Virus record (IMG/VR): IMGVR_UViG_3300034071_001431 | Location: 1-64,000 of that record | DNA length: 64,000 nucleotides | Strand: one strand, 5' to 3' | Source: a virus | Taxonomy: Duplodnaviria; Caudoviricetes | Shown: positions 19,767 to 29,667 of the stretch, one piece after another | How positions within the stretch are numbered: position 1 is the first letter of the stretch | Layout: the number at the start of each line of letters is the position of its first letter | Made by a program: the position numbers and the translations under genes | Notes under the pieces: model-generated | The model's input: only the letters and a program-made list of their open reading frames with translations | Told to the model about the DNA's origin: nothing | The model's database searches: none

Positions 19767-19797
19767 AAAAAAAGCCACAAATTATTGTGGCCTTTTT
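19767..19797. terminator. rho-independent terminator
   Basis: aaaaaa-gccacaa-atta-ttgtggc-cttttt. Confidence 0.8.
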
Positions 19798-19820
19798 AGT
19801 TTACATTTTAATGTTTTATA

Positions 19821-20129
19821 TTAGAATGTGTAGTCTGCAACTGTAGTAGTTGCAACTGCTGCATTACAGATACCTTGTAATGAAGCTGTACCTGAAGTTG
19901 CTGTAACTTGTGTACCTGAGATAGCAACACGGAATGCATCTCCTGCTGGTGTACCTAAGATTTCAACAGTACCGATTGTTTCGATAGCACGTACTAGTTT
20001 TTCAAAGTCACTATCAACTGCTGAAGGACTTGTGTGTACTCCTGTTAAACCGATTGTGAACATTTGTAATGAACGACCTGTTGTTACTACTGGTAAAGCA
20101 CCACCGTTAACGCGAGCTGGTGTAGTCAT
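19821..20129 (-). CDS. small virion (head decoration-like) protein
   Basis: strong AGGAGA SD, late promoter, own terminator, T/A/G-rich. Confidence 0.55.
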   Translation of the reverse strand: MTTPARVNGGALPVVTTGRSLQMFTIGLTGVHTSPSAVDSDFEKLVRAIETIGTVEILGTPAGDAFRVAISGTQVTATSGTASLQGICNAAVATTTVADYTF

Positions 20130-20216
20130 AATATTTCTCCTAATTTTAAGTTTACGCTTTTATGCGCATACTTTTATTTATCATCTGTACAAAATTCTGT
20201 ATGATAATGTTTGTTT

Positions 20217-21473
20217 TTAGGCGCGGCGTAATGCGTTAGTTCTGCTGAATTCGAGCCTATCAACTAACTTAATTGCGCCGCCGTCGTGTCCTATTGCAAC
20301 AAATCCCTCTGGAGCAGTTACTTTATAACCGTCGTTAGTCTTTTGAAATGTGCCAATGCTGTCCACCTGTTGTAGTTTACGCATTAGTGCATGTTTAAGT
20401 TCGATAACTCGTTTGTACGTAGCAAGTATGATCAATAGGTTGTTGGCATTGTCTGCTACCCATTGTTCTTTTTCTTTAATCTTAACCAAGCGAGCCTGTG
20501 CCGCACGTCCAGCAATGCCACCTGTTAAATCTTCAATGCCTTTCATTAGTTCATCGTTGTAGTAATTAACAAACTTTTGTAAGAACTGCAATGGTTCGCC
20601 CACTTGTTCGCCTTGTCTAACCATTTGATTTATGAATGGCTTAATGCTACGTGCAAAGTCTTTATTGTTTAGTATAATGTCAAAGCGAGCTTGCCCGATC
20701 TTTTCCATTGTCGCTGTAGTAGCAGCAATTTGTTTTTGTATGCTTGCATTTTCGGTTGGAGTCAAACTTGCAACACCTGTAAAGTCTTTATACGTTGCGT
20801 CATCAAACCATACTGCCGATGTTTGATGCAAGCTACCTACGTTTACTCCGTAGTTTGCTGTCATTGTCTCTAGTGACGTGCCTTCGTAGCTAGTGTGGAA
20901 TATAATGCCAAGACTAGCTTTTGCAATACGTTTACCCAAGTTGCTATTAACTGGTACTGCATACGTAATTGTGTTTGGAGTGAATACATAGCAATCTTCA
21001 TCATTGATAGATACTGTGCTTACATCGCCTTCTGTAAACATCAAATCACCTTGTATAACACCACCGATGCCAAGTTTTGGGAGATGTTTTAATGCTGAAA
21101 GTAATTTAGTAGCAAGCTCTGGTTGTGCGCTGTACCATTTGTCAATGTCTGCTGCATTTTTACAACGTTTTGGCTCACCTTTAGCAAATACTGATTTAGT
21201 ACCAATAAAAAACTTACTATCACTCGGGTCAATACCACAGATAATTGCAGGAGCGCCATCCCATTTAACTGTAAGCTGTGTAGTTGTGCCAGTGCCTTCT
21301 GCTAACATAGCACGTAAACTTTCTACATAGTTTAATGCCGCTTGCGCACCCACATAGCCACTATTAAAGATTAAATCTTCTAAGTGTTCTATATGAATTG
21401 ATGGTGTTTTTATTCCAGTAGCTTCCACTAATTGCCAACTAGGACTTTTATTTTGTATTTCGTGCAGTTGCAT
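20217..21473 (-). CDS. ATP-dependent ligase-like nucleotidyltransferase (DUF6267-like)
   Basis: HIEHLED, TVKWDG (motif I), QGDL, EGFV (IV), KLVDR (V). Confidence 0.7.
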   Translation of the reverse strand: MQLHEIQNKSPSWQLVEATGIKTPSIHIEHLEDLIFNSGYVGAQAALNYVESLRAMLAEGTGTTTQLTVKWDGAPAIICGIDPSDSKFFIGTKSVFAKGEPKRCKNAADIDKWYSAQPELATKLLSALKHLPKLGIGGVIQGDLMFTEGDVSTVSINDEDCYVFTPNTITYAVPVNSNLGKRIAKASLGIIFHTSYEGTSLETMTANYGVNVGSLHQTSAVWFDDATYKDFTGVASLTPTENASIQKQIAATTATMEKIGQARFDIILNNKDFARSIKPFINQMVRQGEQVGEPLQFLQKFVNYYNDELMKGIEDLTGGIAGRAAQARLVKIKEKEQWVADNANNLLIILATYKRVIELKHALMRKLQQVDSIGTFQKTNDGYKVTAPEGFVAIGHDGGAIKLVDRLEFSRTNALRRA

Positions 21474-21510
21474 TTGTTCGTTTTCCTATGTTGCCCGATA
21501 AATTAGAGGA

Positions 21511-22158
21511 TTAAACTGTTGGTGTTGCTGGTGCGGTACTAGTTTTAGCGGCAAGTGCAGCATATCTAGGATCGGTTGGGCCGATACCACCTATTGTTGG
21601 TAATGCAGTTGGTTTAATCGGTTTAGCTACCTTGGCTGCCAGTGGCTTTGGCGCTTCAGCCGGTGCTAATGCACGTGCTGCCATAAAATTAGAAATTTCT
21701 TTAGTTATCCACTGTGTCATTACATTAAGTGATGTATTGGCAGGAGCGATGGTTGGTGCAACTCCTGTAAATTTAGTAAACCATTGCACTGCTTGCGCAG
21801 GCTGTGACTGAGTACCCGATAATTTAATATTTTGATCAACAGCAACCCATTTTTGTAATGCTCCAGACGCAACTTTTTTAGTTTGTTCTGCCTGTTGTCT
21901 TGATGTTTGTGATGCTTGGTATCCTGTTTTTGCCGCAGCGAACGCTTGTTGAAGTTTAGGTATTGCAGCTACTCCTTTACCTATTTTGTTAGCTGCAGTT
22001 GCAATTAAGCCAGCTTTAGTAAATTTTCCTTGTGCATTTCGTGCGCCTATTTTGGCACCACCTTTAAGTCCACTAGCAAAATTTTGCCCTAGATTTTTAA
22101 CTGAATCAACAAAGCCTTCATCTACAGTATTTTCTGTTAATATTTCATTAATCTTCAT
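21511..22158 (-). CDS. putative internal virion protein
   Basis: MKINEILTE start, Ala/Lys-rich. Confidence 0.55.
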   Translation of the reverse strand: MKINEILTENTVDEGFVDSVKNLGQNFASGLKGGAKIGARNAQGKFTKAGLIATAANKIGKGVAAIPKLQQAFAAAKTGYQASQTSRQQAEQTKKVASGALQKWVAVDQNIKLSGTQSQPAQAVQWFTKFTGVAPTIAPANTSLNVMTQWITKEISNFMAARALAPAEAPKPLAAKVAKPIKPTALPTIGGIGPTDPRYAALAAKTSTAPATPTV

Positions 22159-22173
22159 ATATGTTCTCTATTA

Positions 22174-22629
22174 TTATTTTAATAAACCGGCTGATTTAAT
22201 TACAGCATTTACTTCTGGCGAATCTGTTCCTGTTGTTGCTATTTTATTTTTAGCAAGGGTTCTTAAATATGCTGCATTCTGGGGAGCAACTATTGGTTCA
22301 CTGGCGGCGTTTGTTGATGCTTGTGGTACTCTGTCCATTGTTGCATCTGTGTCTTTTGGTAGTACTGCATAACTAGATGGTATGCCATGTGGAGCATTAT
22401 CAATTGTATTCGTTACTGCGCCTATTCCTTTAGCTACTGCGCCAAGTATTCCAGGAGTTGCTTTGCGTTGAGCAACATTCGCGGCGCCGCGTTGGGCCGA
22501 TGCATTAAATCTATCAACTGTTGCGCCCTTTACTCGTTGCATAATTCCGGGTTTTTTAACTTCAGGGGCGGTAGATTGTGCTATTAAATCGTCAATCTCT
22601 GCTTCGACCAATATTTCATTAATCTTCAT
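22174..22629 (-). CDS. putative internal virion protein
   Basis: MKINEILVE start, Ala-rich. Confidence 0.55.
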   Translation of the reverse strand: MKINEILVEAEIDDLIAQSTAPEVKKPGIMQRVKGATVDRFNASAQRGAANVAQRKATPGILGAVAKGIGAVTNTIDNAPHGIPSSYAVLPKDTDATMDRVPQASTNAASEPIVAPQNAAYLRTLAKNKIATTGTDSPEVNAVIKSAGLLK

Positions 22630-22867
22630 CTTTTAATTTCCGTATGCCACGTGCAAATTTTGCAGGGTCTTGTCCTTTAATTGCATTAAGCAGTCGTCGT
22701 TCTAATTCACCAGCTTGCTCTGCATCGTAGTTTTCACGTATGTGATTAATAAGGTTAATAGCACCGTTAATGATGTTATTAGCTCTGCTTTCAATCAGAT
22801 TTGCTTTATCCTTGTGCTGTAATAGCTCATCAAGCTCAGTAAGGATACTACGTGTGCGCTTTTGCAA
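22619..22867 (-). CDS. conserved hypothetical protein
   Basis: TAAATA, GGAG SD, TTG start; TRSILTEL...RRLLNAIK..DPAKF. Confidence 0.7.
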   Translation of the reverse strand: MQKRTRSILTELDELLQHKDKANLIESRANNIINGAINLINHIRENYDAEQAGELERRLLNAIKGQDPAKFARGIRKLKDED

Positions 22868-22949
22868 GATCTTGCTCCATTTGTATTATTTATGTGTAAT
22901 CAAATTTAATTTATTTCTTTAAGTATAGCATAAGATAAGTAAAATTACA

Positions 22950-23975
22950 ATGAATAAATCTTTCTGTGTAATGCCATTCTACGGTGCCGAATATAATCAA
23001 TCTGGTTTTACAACTCCTTGTTGTTTACTTCCGTCCCATACGAATATAGCACAATTACAAGAAGAAATCCTCGATGATAAGCGACCGGCGGCATGCCAAA
23101 AATGTTGGCATCTAGAAGATCAAGGTAATACCAGTGACCGACAATTAAAAAATGCTATGTTCGACTTCTATACTGATAAAGCTATACAGTTCGTTGAAGA
23201 AGACTGCCGCAATGGTAAATTTAGTCCGCGGATTATCAAATTATATACGTCAAATTTATGTAATAGTACGTGTGTTACATGCGGCCCAACCGCAAGCACT
23301 GCATGGGCAACATTAAAGAAAATCAAGACTTTTAAAATAACAAATCAGAGTATATTAGATTCGGTGGTATTAACTGATGCAACAATGATAACCTTTGTCG
23401 GCGGCGAGCCGTTGTATGAGAAAAAGAATTTTGAATTATTGGAAAAATTAATAGAAATCGGTAACACTGCTTGTTTTATATCAATGACCACAAACGGATC
23501 GGTTGAATTAACTCCGTATCAACTTAATATTTTAAAACAATTCAATAATGTAAATTTATGCCTGAGTATAGATGGCATCGGGCCAGTATTCGAATACATG
23601 CGGTATCCACTAAAATGGTCGACTCTATTAGATAATATAGAAATATACAAAAACTCAAACATAAATTTATCAGTTAGTTACACAATTAGTAATTTAAATA
23701 TATTATATTATAACGAAACTATTGAATGGTTTGAACAATTGGGATTACCGCACAATCATAACATGGTCGATTATCCATTACATTTTTCTGTTAATGCGTT
23801 GCCAGAAGAAACTAAAAAACAATTACCAGTTAGTTTGTTTCGGGCACATGAATCGTCGGATGATTTACAATTTGCAAAATGTTTAAATGAAATTAAGAAA
23901 CAAGATCAGTTAAAGAGTATTTCGATTGATGATTTCTTACCCGAATTTGTTAATATGATCAATCGAAATACTTAA
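22950..23975 (+). CDS. radical SAM protein
   Basis: FCVMPF, PCC, CQKC, CNSTCVTC, GGEPL, SIDG. Confidence 0.87.
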   Translation: MNKSFCVMPFYGAEYNQSGFTTPCCLLPSHTNIAQLQEEILDDKRPAACQKCWHLEDQGNTSDRQLKNAMFDFYTDKAIQFVEEDCRNGKFSPRIIKLYTSNLCNSTCVTCGPTASTAWATLKKIKTFKITNQSILDSVVLTDATMITFVGGEPLYEKKNFELLEKLIEIGNTACFISMTTNGSVELTPYQLNILKQFNNVNLCLSIDGIGPVFEYMRYPLKWSTLLDNIEIYKNSNINLSVSYTISNLNILYYNETIEWFEQLGLPHNHNMVDYPLHFSVNALPEETKKQLPVSLFRAHESSDDLQFAKCLNEIKKQDQLKSISIDDFLPEFVNMINRNT

Positions 23976-25023
23976 CTATCTCTGAAAAAATTGTGCGCCA
24001 ATTATTATTTCTAATAGAATCCCATTGGTTAGTAAATTCAATGATAGGATCAATCGGCATCACATTAGTTGGTAATATCGTCGAGACATATTGATTAGTA
24101 TATTTTTCATGTATTACTTTTCGTAATGCTAGCGGAGTTCGATCTAATCCCCAATCTCCCCAACACGGATGAATATTAATTTCAGTGGCATCGCCCACTC
24201 TATTAGTTGCAAGATTTGTATGCACCCATTGTTCTAATCTATCATAGTAAAAAATATTAAATGGATTGAGTGTATGGTTAATTCTAAATAATACATTAAC
24301 TGGTGCAGTGGCCTTAAGAGTTAATAAATTACGTTCGATATGATTCCATCTCAATGGCCAACGTATGTAGTTAAATTGTTCTTCTATACCATCGATGCTT
24401 GCTTCGAAATATACAAGTTTAAATTTACTCCATAGATCAAGCAATGCAGGAGTCGGTAGTATGCTAGCATTGGTTGTGTACCAAATATCAACTTGTTCTG
24501 GATAAGGTATTTTTTCTAATACTTGTATATGACTATCTGTTAATAAGGGCTCACCGCCAAAGAATTTAATTCTCCGCAACTTCGATAAATCTACTGTAGC
24601 TAAAATAGTATCTAAATATGATTGAGCGTCATAATCCGATTTAATATGAATAACTTTGTTTTTATCTGATTGTTTAGCCCATAGTGAACTATATTCTGGC
24701 CCGCAAATAACACATGCGGCATTGCAATTAAAATCAATATTAATATCCAGGGCCACAACAGCATTATCATCGGTATCAGGAATTATATCAAAACTAGATT
24801 GTCGAAAACTATTATATCCAGCTTGCTCTTGTTTTTGACAGACTGAGCATCCCGGTATCCATCCGGTTACAGAATCTAATTGCAACTTTCTAGTTTGTTC
24901 TAAATTTTCATTAAATGGTGTTTCGCCCCTGTACCAACAACAGGGCTTTACTACTAATTTCTTATTAAGATTAATCGAATAACCATTGGAAAGAAATCTG
25001 CAGAAATTATTTGATCCTGCCAT
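23959..25023 (-). CDS. radical SAM protein
   Basis: FC, PCC, CSVC, CNAACVIC, FGGEPLL, SIDG. Confidence 0.87.
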   Translation of the reverse strand: MAGSNNFCRFLSNGYSINLNKKLVVKPCCWYRGETPFNENLEQTRKLQLDSVTGWIPGCSVCQKQEQAGYNSFRQSSFDIIPDTDDNAVVALDINIDFNCNAACVICGPEYSSLWAKQSDKNKVIHIKSDYDAQSYLDTILATVDLSKLRRIKFFGGEPLLTDSHIQVLEKIPYPEQVDIWYTTNASILPTPALLDLWSKFKLVYFEASIDGIEEQFNYIRWPLRWNHIERNLLTLKATAPVNVLFRINHTLNPFNIFYYDRLEQWVHTNLATNRVGDATEINIHPCWGDWGLDRTPLALRKVIHEKYTNQYVSTILPTNVMPIDPIIEFTNQWDSIRNNNWRTIFSEIVKYFD

Positions 25024-25025
25024 TA

Positions 25026-26432
25026 TTAACTGCTATTCTTTAAACTGGCAAGCATACCTTTAAGTTTGCTACTATCCACTGTTGCATTGATTTTTGGATG
25101 GTCTATAATTTCACCAGTTTCTTTATTAACTGTTGAGTTTGGCTTAATATTGTTTAATACATTGTTGATATTACGACTTGCACCATTGCCGTCACCTGCC
25201 ATATCTTCACCAGGGTCAGTAATACGCATTGTTTCAATATTATACTCTAAGTCTACTTTATGTCCTACGCCAGTTGAACTACGTGACTTCATACATTGTA
25301 ATTGATAACGACCACGTTCTTTCATAGCGCGACTTGTAAAGATACCAAACACGTTATCTGCTGTATTAATCTTACTAATACCACCTGCAATGTGACTATG
25401 ATCAAACTCAATTTCTTCAACTGCACTACGATTTAACTGTGATGCTGTTACAAGTAATACGTTAAGCTCTTTTGCTAAGTTACGCAATTCTTCTGCAACA
25501 TACTTGTCTTTAATAAACTGATCATTTGGGTTAACTTTAATCGATACTGGCATTACTAAGTCTAAGTAATCCACCATAACAAAGTCAATCTTAATACCTG
25601 TTTGTATCTGCACTTCTTTTAAGTAACTGCGTATGTCGTTTACATTGCTTTGCGCTGGAAAGCCCTTAACACGATATTGTCCAGATTTCTTACCCACCAT
25701 CTTAACTTTAAGTTCTGTTGTATCAATATCTTTTCTAATGTCTTTTGTACTCATACCAGTAAGCATAGCATCTGTACGCAGACTACATAGTTCTTCACTA
25801 AGCTCAAGTGTTACATACACACCACTAAGTCCCATTTGCAACCAACTAAGCGCAATGTTCATCATAACCAATGATTTACCTGAACCAGATCCGCCTGCAA
25901 AGATGTTAAGTTCACCGCGACTAAAGCCGCCGTACAATATCTTATCCATTTGTGGCCACCCTGTGCTTACTTGTCCACCACTGTTAAAGTATTTGTCAAT
26001 ACGAGCACGTGGATCTTCGAAGTATTCTGTGCCCATGTCTTTAGTTAAACTTATTTGTACAGCGTCTTTAATAAGTTTTTCTACAGGGTCATACTCGCCC
26101 TTCTCTAACATATCTGCCGCCGCTAGAATTGCACGTTCAAGTTCGTTACGTTTAGTAAAGCCCTCGAACTCTGTCATAAACCAGCTATAGTGGTCTTCGG
26201 TTAAGTCGGGCACGTGTTTAAGTGTGACTGTAGTTACTGCCTGCACTTGTTCAATAGTAGGTAGTGTTCTATATTCGTCACTGTGTTGTTTAATAAATTT
26301 AGCCGCCTCACGCAAACTTCTATCAAAGTTTTCGGGATTGTAGATGTTTTGCACTCGCACATAACTTTGCGGGTCTTGTAACATCATTTCAAGAAATAGT
26401 TTTTGCAGATCAGTCGAATATTCTTTGCTCAT
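25026..26432 (-). CDS. DnaB-like replicative helicase (T4 gp41-like)
   Basis: GGSGSGKS, VTLELSE, VDYLDL, TASQLNR, MKSR. Confidence 0.93.
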   Translation of the reverse strand: MSKEYSTDLQKLFLEMMLQDPQSYVRVQNIYNPENFDRSLREAAKFIKQHSDEYRTLPTIEQVQAVTTVTLKHVPDLTEDHYSWFMTEFEGFTKRNELERAILAAADMLEKGEYDPVEKLIKDAVQISLTKDMGTEYFEDPRARIDKYFNSGGQVSTGWPQMDKILYGGFSRGELNIFAGGSGSGKSLVMMNIALSWLQMGLSGVYVTLELSEELCSLRTDAMLTGMSTKDIRKDIDTTELKVKMVGKKSGQYRVKGFPAQSNVNDIRSYLKEVQIQTGIKIDFVMVDYLDLVMPVSIKVNPNDQFIKDKYVAEELRNLAKELNVLLVTASQLNRSAVEEIEFDHSHIAGGISKINTADNVFGIFTSRAMKERGRYQLQCMKSRSSTGVGHKVDLEYNIETMRITDPGEDMAGDGNGASRNINNVLNNIKPNSTVNKETGEIIDHPKINATVDSSKLKGMLASLKNSS

Positions 26433-26435
26433 ATG

Positions 26436-27470
26436 TTAATTATATAGCCTTTTTCTTAATAGCTCAATTTTTAATTTGCTCGTTTCTTTAGCATCAATGA
26501 TAGATTTTAATGTAAAGAGTTTGCCGTACTTAGCTACCGCATCGCTAATATCTTTGCAGTCAGCATCTTCTTGCCATACAGGAAAGCTAACACTCCACCC
26601 ATACTTTATCGCCGCATCAACAAGTTTAGCACCACTCTTGTCCGCATCAGCAACAACAATAACCTCACGACCTAATGCATCAATAATGTCTGCTTGTTGT
26701 TCTGCAACTTCATTGCCTAATACTGCTACTCCATCAACTGCCATAGCATCAAATGGGCCTTCGCAAACGATAACAAACTTCCAATCACGTTGTTGATTGT
26801 TAGTGTTAAATACAACGTTGGGTTCATAGTGGCTGTAATACTTTGGTTTAACACCATCAGTAAACGCACGGCTTGTATAACCAATAGTTTTATCTTCCCA
26901 AATAATTGGAATAATTACACGTTGATGTAGACTATGCTCTGTACTATCAGTCCAAAAGAAATCATATTTTTGCATATCAATTCTGCGACTAGCGGCATAT
27001 CCAACAGCTGATTGCAATAGCGGTGGTACATTATTAAAATCATTTAATAGATGAAATGTAGTTAACTGTTGAAAACTTATAGCATCTTTGGGTAGCTCGC
27101 GTACTTTGAACTCAATCTTCTCTTCGGGTTCAATTTTAACTTGCTCTGGCGCAACTAAGTCTTTAATGCGGATTGCTTCGATTACTAAGCGTTTAACATC
27201 ACCATCATTTGCACCGAGCCAACTAAGTAGTTTACGAAATTTAAATGTTAAATGTCTACCGGGTTGATAGCTAGCTTTGAAGTTACAATTGAAGCAATGG
27301 TAGCTGACTGAACCATCGGCATTTGCTGTTAGTCCAGCACGACCTCTTGTGTCTGCACCTTCGCCATTGTGAATACAACATGCACCGTTAAAACTCGTCC
27401 AGCCGCTCGGCGTTGTTTTGCGCTTTGCGGGTAGAATTGTTTTAACGTAATCGGAGATAAGATTCAGCAT
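26436..27470 (-). CDS. DNA primase (T4 gp61-like)
   Basis: Zn finger CC..H/HCFNC, TOPRIM EGPFD and DAD. Confidence 0.9.
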   Translation of the reverse strand: MLNLISDYVKTILPAKRKTTPSGWTSFNGACCIHNGEGADTRGRAGLTANADGSVSYHCFNCNFKASYQPGRHLTFKFRKLLSWLGANDGDVKRLVIEAIRIKDLVAPEQVKIEPEEKIEFKVRELPKDAISFQQLTTFHLLNDFNNVPPLLQSAVGYAASRRIDMQKYDFFWTDSTEHSLHQRVIIPIIWEDKTIGYTSRAFTDGVKPKYYSHYEPNVVFNTNNQQRDWKFVIVCEGPFDAMAVDGVAVLGNEVAEQQADIIDALGREVIVVADADKSGAKLVDAAIKYGWSVSFPVWQEDADCKDISDAVAKYGKLFTLKSIIDAKETSKLKIELLRKRLYN

Positions 27471-27477
27471 ATACTAT

Positions 27478-27506
27478 ATTATATGCTAAATCCATTTTGA
27501 TGTCAA
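27478..27506 (-). promoter_or_regulatory. sigma70 promoter, leaderless
   Basis: TTGACA-17-TATAAT, 7 nt before primase ATG. Confidence 0.85.
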
Positions 27507-27515
27507 GAGATTTGA

Positions 27516-27953
27516 TTAATAAACGTTTGAGATAACTTGCATTTGTCCAGCTGCACCCCAATTGTCGTCGGTGTATGCAGGTAGTGTTAAGTTACCCACT
27601 GCTGTTCCACTATAGCTTACAGTATAATTGTAGTATTCTTGTGTTAGGTTTGCGATGTTTGCTTGGTCCAACGTAACCGTACCAACCGCAGTAGTTACAT
27701 TCGAAATATTAGCAGTAGTTGACCATACTGTTGCATTACCATCAGTTAGCGCAAATGTAAAATCTCTACTTGTAATATTAGCAGGCTTTTGGTCATTGTT
27801 TCTAAATTGAATTGTGATAATATTGTCAATATTTTTATAAACTTTCACTGGTCTGCTATACACGATTCTATTCCTTGTTTTAATTGTGGGATCATCATCT
27901 AGAACCTGAACCTCTATAATATTTTCATATAAATAACTTGTGATGAGTTGCAC
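27516..27953 (-). CDS. beta-rich structural protein (BppU-N/Ig-like)
   Basis: TATAAATA upstream; VYKNIDN...NNDQKP; T/N-rich strands. Confidence 0.5.
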   Translation of the reverse strand: MQLITSYLYENIIEVQVLDDDPTIKTRNRIVYSRPVKVYKNIDNIITIQFRNNDQKPANITSRDFTFALTDGNATVWSTTANISNVTTAVGTVTLDQANIANLTQEYYNYTVSYSGTAVGNLTLPAYTDDNWGAAGQMQVISNVY

Positions 27954-27991
27954 TGTGTTTTATCCCTTATCACATATTTATACGGAATCAC

Positions 27992-28366
27992 ATGGAAGAC
28001 AGTCACAAGATTTTACTCGATCAATATCCCTTCTTATCGTTCATAACGTATGGTGGAAATGATTATATTGGCATTGTTCAAAATGCAGATGAATTCATCA
28101 CCACTATATATGACTTCGCTGCATTACGTACTATAGAGCAGAAAACAGTGTTTTTAGCAATGGCAGATCAGTGGTGGTGGGAGAGTAATAGACTTATACC
28201 TATTAACGTATTTTTAAAGCAGGATTGGGTAGAGTTCAGAGTTTGTTTAAAAACATTCAACAGCAAAGATGTCGTAATACAACATGGGCCGTACGTAAGT
28301 TTAAGAGAGATTGCAGCAAAGCGTAGTAAGCGCAGAAGTATTACGTTAGTTAGACGTATCCAGTAA
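27992..28366 (+). CDS. conserved hypothetical phage protein
   Basis: YPFLS..YIGIVQN..WWWESNRLIPINVFL. Confidence 0.7.
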   Translation: MEDSHKILLDQYPFLSFITYGGNDYIGIVQNADEFITTIYDFAALRTIEQKTVFLAMADQWWWESNRLIPINVFLKQDWVEFRVCLKTFNSKDVVIQHGPYVSLREIAAKRSKRRSITLVRRIQ

Positions 28367-28927
28367 GTTCATATTAACAACAACCAAGTTGGCATACGCA
28401 AGGCTGTGACTTTTTTTAAAGTAATAAGTATCATCAGCGGGTTTATCCCAAATAGTTTCAGCAACTTCTTTCCAAGTTTTACCAACCAAGTGTCGCTTTG
28501 CAGGACGTATAATAGCAAGAAACATAGCTAGACGCGGAATAGTGTTTACTGCTTCGGGCATTTGTAGCAGTAAGTCATAATGTGCATTTACATGCATCAA
28601 TTGCGCACAGAAGTCTGGGTCGTATAGTTTAGCCCAATCCGGTTCACGCATAAGCTCAATTAAATGTTCTTCGTCACGTACTTGCTTATATAAGTTTACA
28701 TTAAGAAAGTCCAGCTTAACATAACCTCTATCTTCAGCAACATCATAATCTAAACTTGCTTGCGCTGTGAATGGGTCTTGTGGGATGTCAGTTGCATACA
28801 CACCAGTATTATGCTTAACCATCTTACCATCACGCAGAATACTTGCCTGTGTTACATTAAGCAAGCTGATAACTTGCTCTCTATCAGCAAAATCAATGTC
28901 AATGTCACTTTTAAACTTAATGGTCAT
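28346..28927 (-). CDS. miniature DNA polymerase III alpha (DnaE) catalytic-core fragment
   Basis: DIDIDF, HNTGVY, KLDFL, AIIRP, FKKSHSLAYA in 193 aa. Confidence 0.8.
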   Translation of the reverse strand: MTIKFKSDIDIDFADREQVISLLNVTQASILRDGKMVKHNTGVYATDIPQDPFTAQASLDYDVAEDRGYVKLDFLNVNLYKQVRDEEHLIELMREPDWAKLYDPDFCAQLMHVNAHYDLLLQMPEAVNTIPRLAMFLAIIRPAKRHLVGKTWKEVAETIWDKPADDTYYFKKSHSLAYANLVVVNMNLLDTSN

Positions 28928-29667
28928 AGCCCAGCATCTTTCAATATTTGTTTAGTCCATTCAGTATCAGCCAAGTAATCCTTAAACTTACGTTGCCAAT
29001 ACTCCGGGTCAATCATTGTGATTATTTGTGTAATTTGCTCTTCGCCCAATGTATCCAAGAATGCAATGCCCGAATCGCAGTTAAACACAATCCAAGGACT
29101 AATACGCCCATTTGCAATATGATGACAAACACGGTTTGCGTTAGCCAATCTAAAATAGTCTGTAAACCCGTTTGGAAATAATTCCGTATTTTCATCCACA
29201 TAATTCTGCATCTCCGTTAATGCTCGTTCGAGTGCATCTTGTACTGCTTCTTTGCGCATGTATTGATGCAAGTATTCTAAGTATATTACTTCATGTGTCC
29301 AATGGTCAATCTTCTTGTTCTGTTTAATTACATATTCAATAAATGCTTTTGGGTTTACTGCACGTATACCAATAATATGTCTGCCGAACTTAACAAACGC
29401 TGTGTAGTATGGACTTGTAACAAAGTCAGCATAGCTCTTTAGTTTAGCCGAGCCTTGTGTTAGTTCAAAGAAACGTAAGTATGCTTGTAACCCAAACTGG
29501 ACTCCGACTTCTTTTTCCTGTTGCCAACGACGTTTGGGCTCACACAGATGCGCAGCCAAAGTACTTTCCTTACGAAATTCCTTTGAACAATATTTACAAG
29601 TATATGTTGGCGTGGCTTCTATGTTAGTTTTACCTTCATTCCAAGCTGATACTATTTCATCAATCAT
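28924..29667 (-). CDS. C2H2-like Zn finger protein
   Basis: YTCKYCSKEF...LAAHLC; GRISPW. Confidence 0.65.
   Translation of the reverse strand: MIDEIVSAWNEGKTNIEATPTYTCKYCSKEFRKESTLAAHLCEPKRRWQQEKEVGVQFGLQAYLRFFELTQGSAKLKSYADFVTSPYYTAFVKFGRHIIGIRAVNPKAFIEYVIKQNKKIDHWTHEVIYLEYLHQYMRKEAVQDALERALTEMQNYVDENTELFPNGFTDYFRLANANRVCHHIANGRISPWIVFNCDSGIAFLDTLGEEQITQIITMIDPEYWQRKFKDYLADTEWTKQILKDAGL

Noticed and set aside
25633-26190. 185-aa + strand ORF and similar antisense ORFs over core genes
   Set aside because: Mirror frames of well-supported minus-strand genes.
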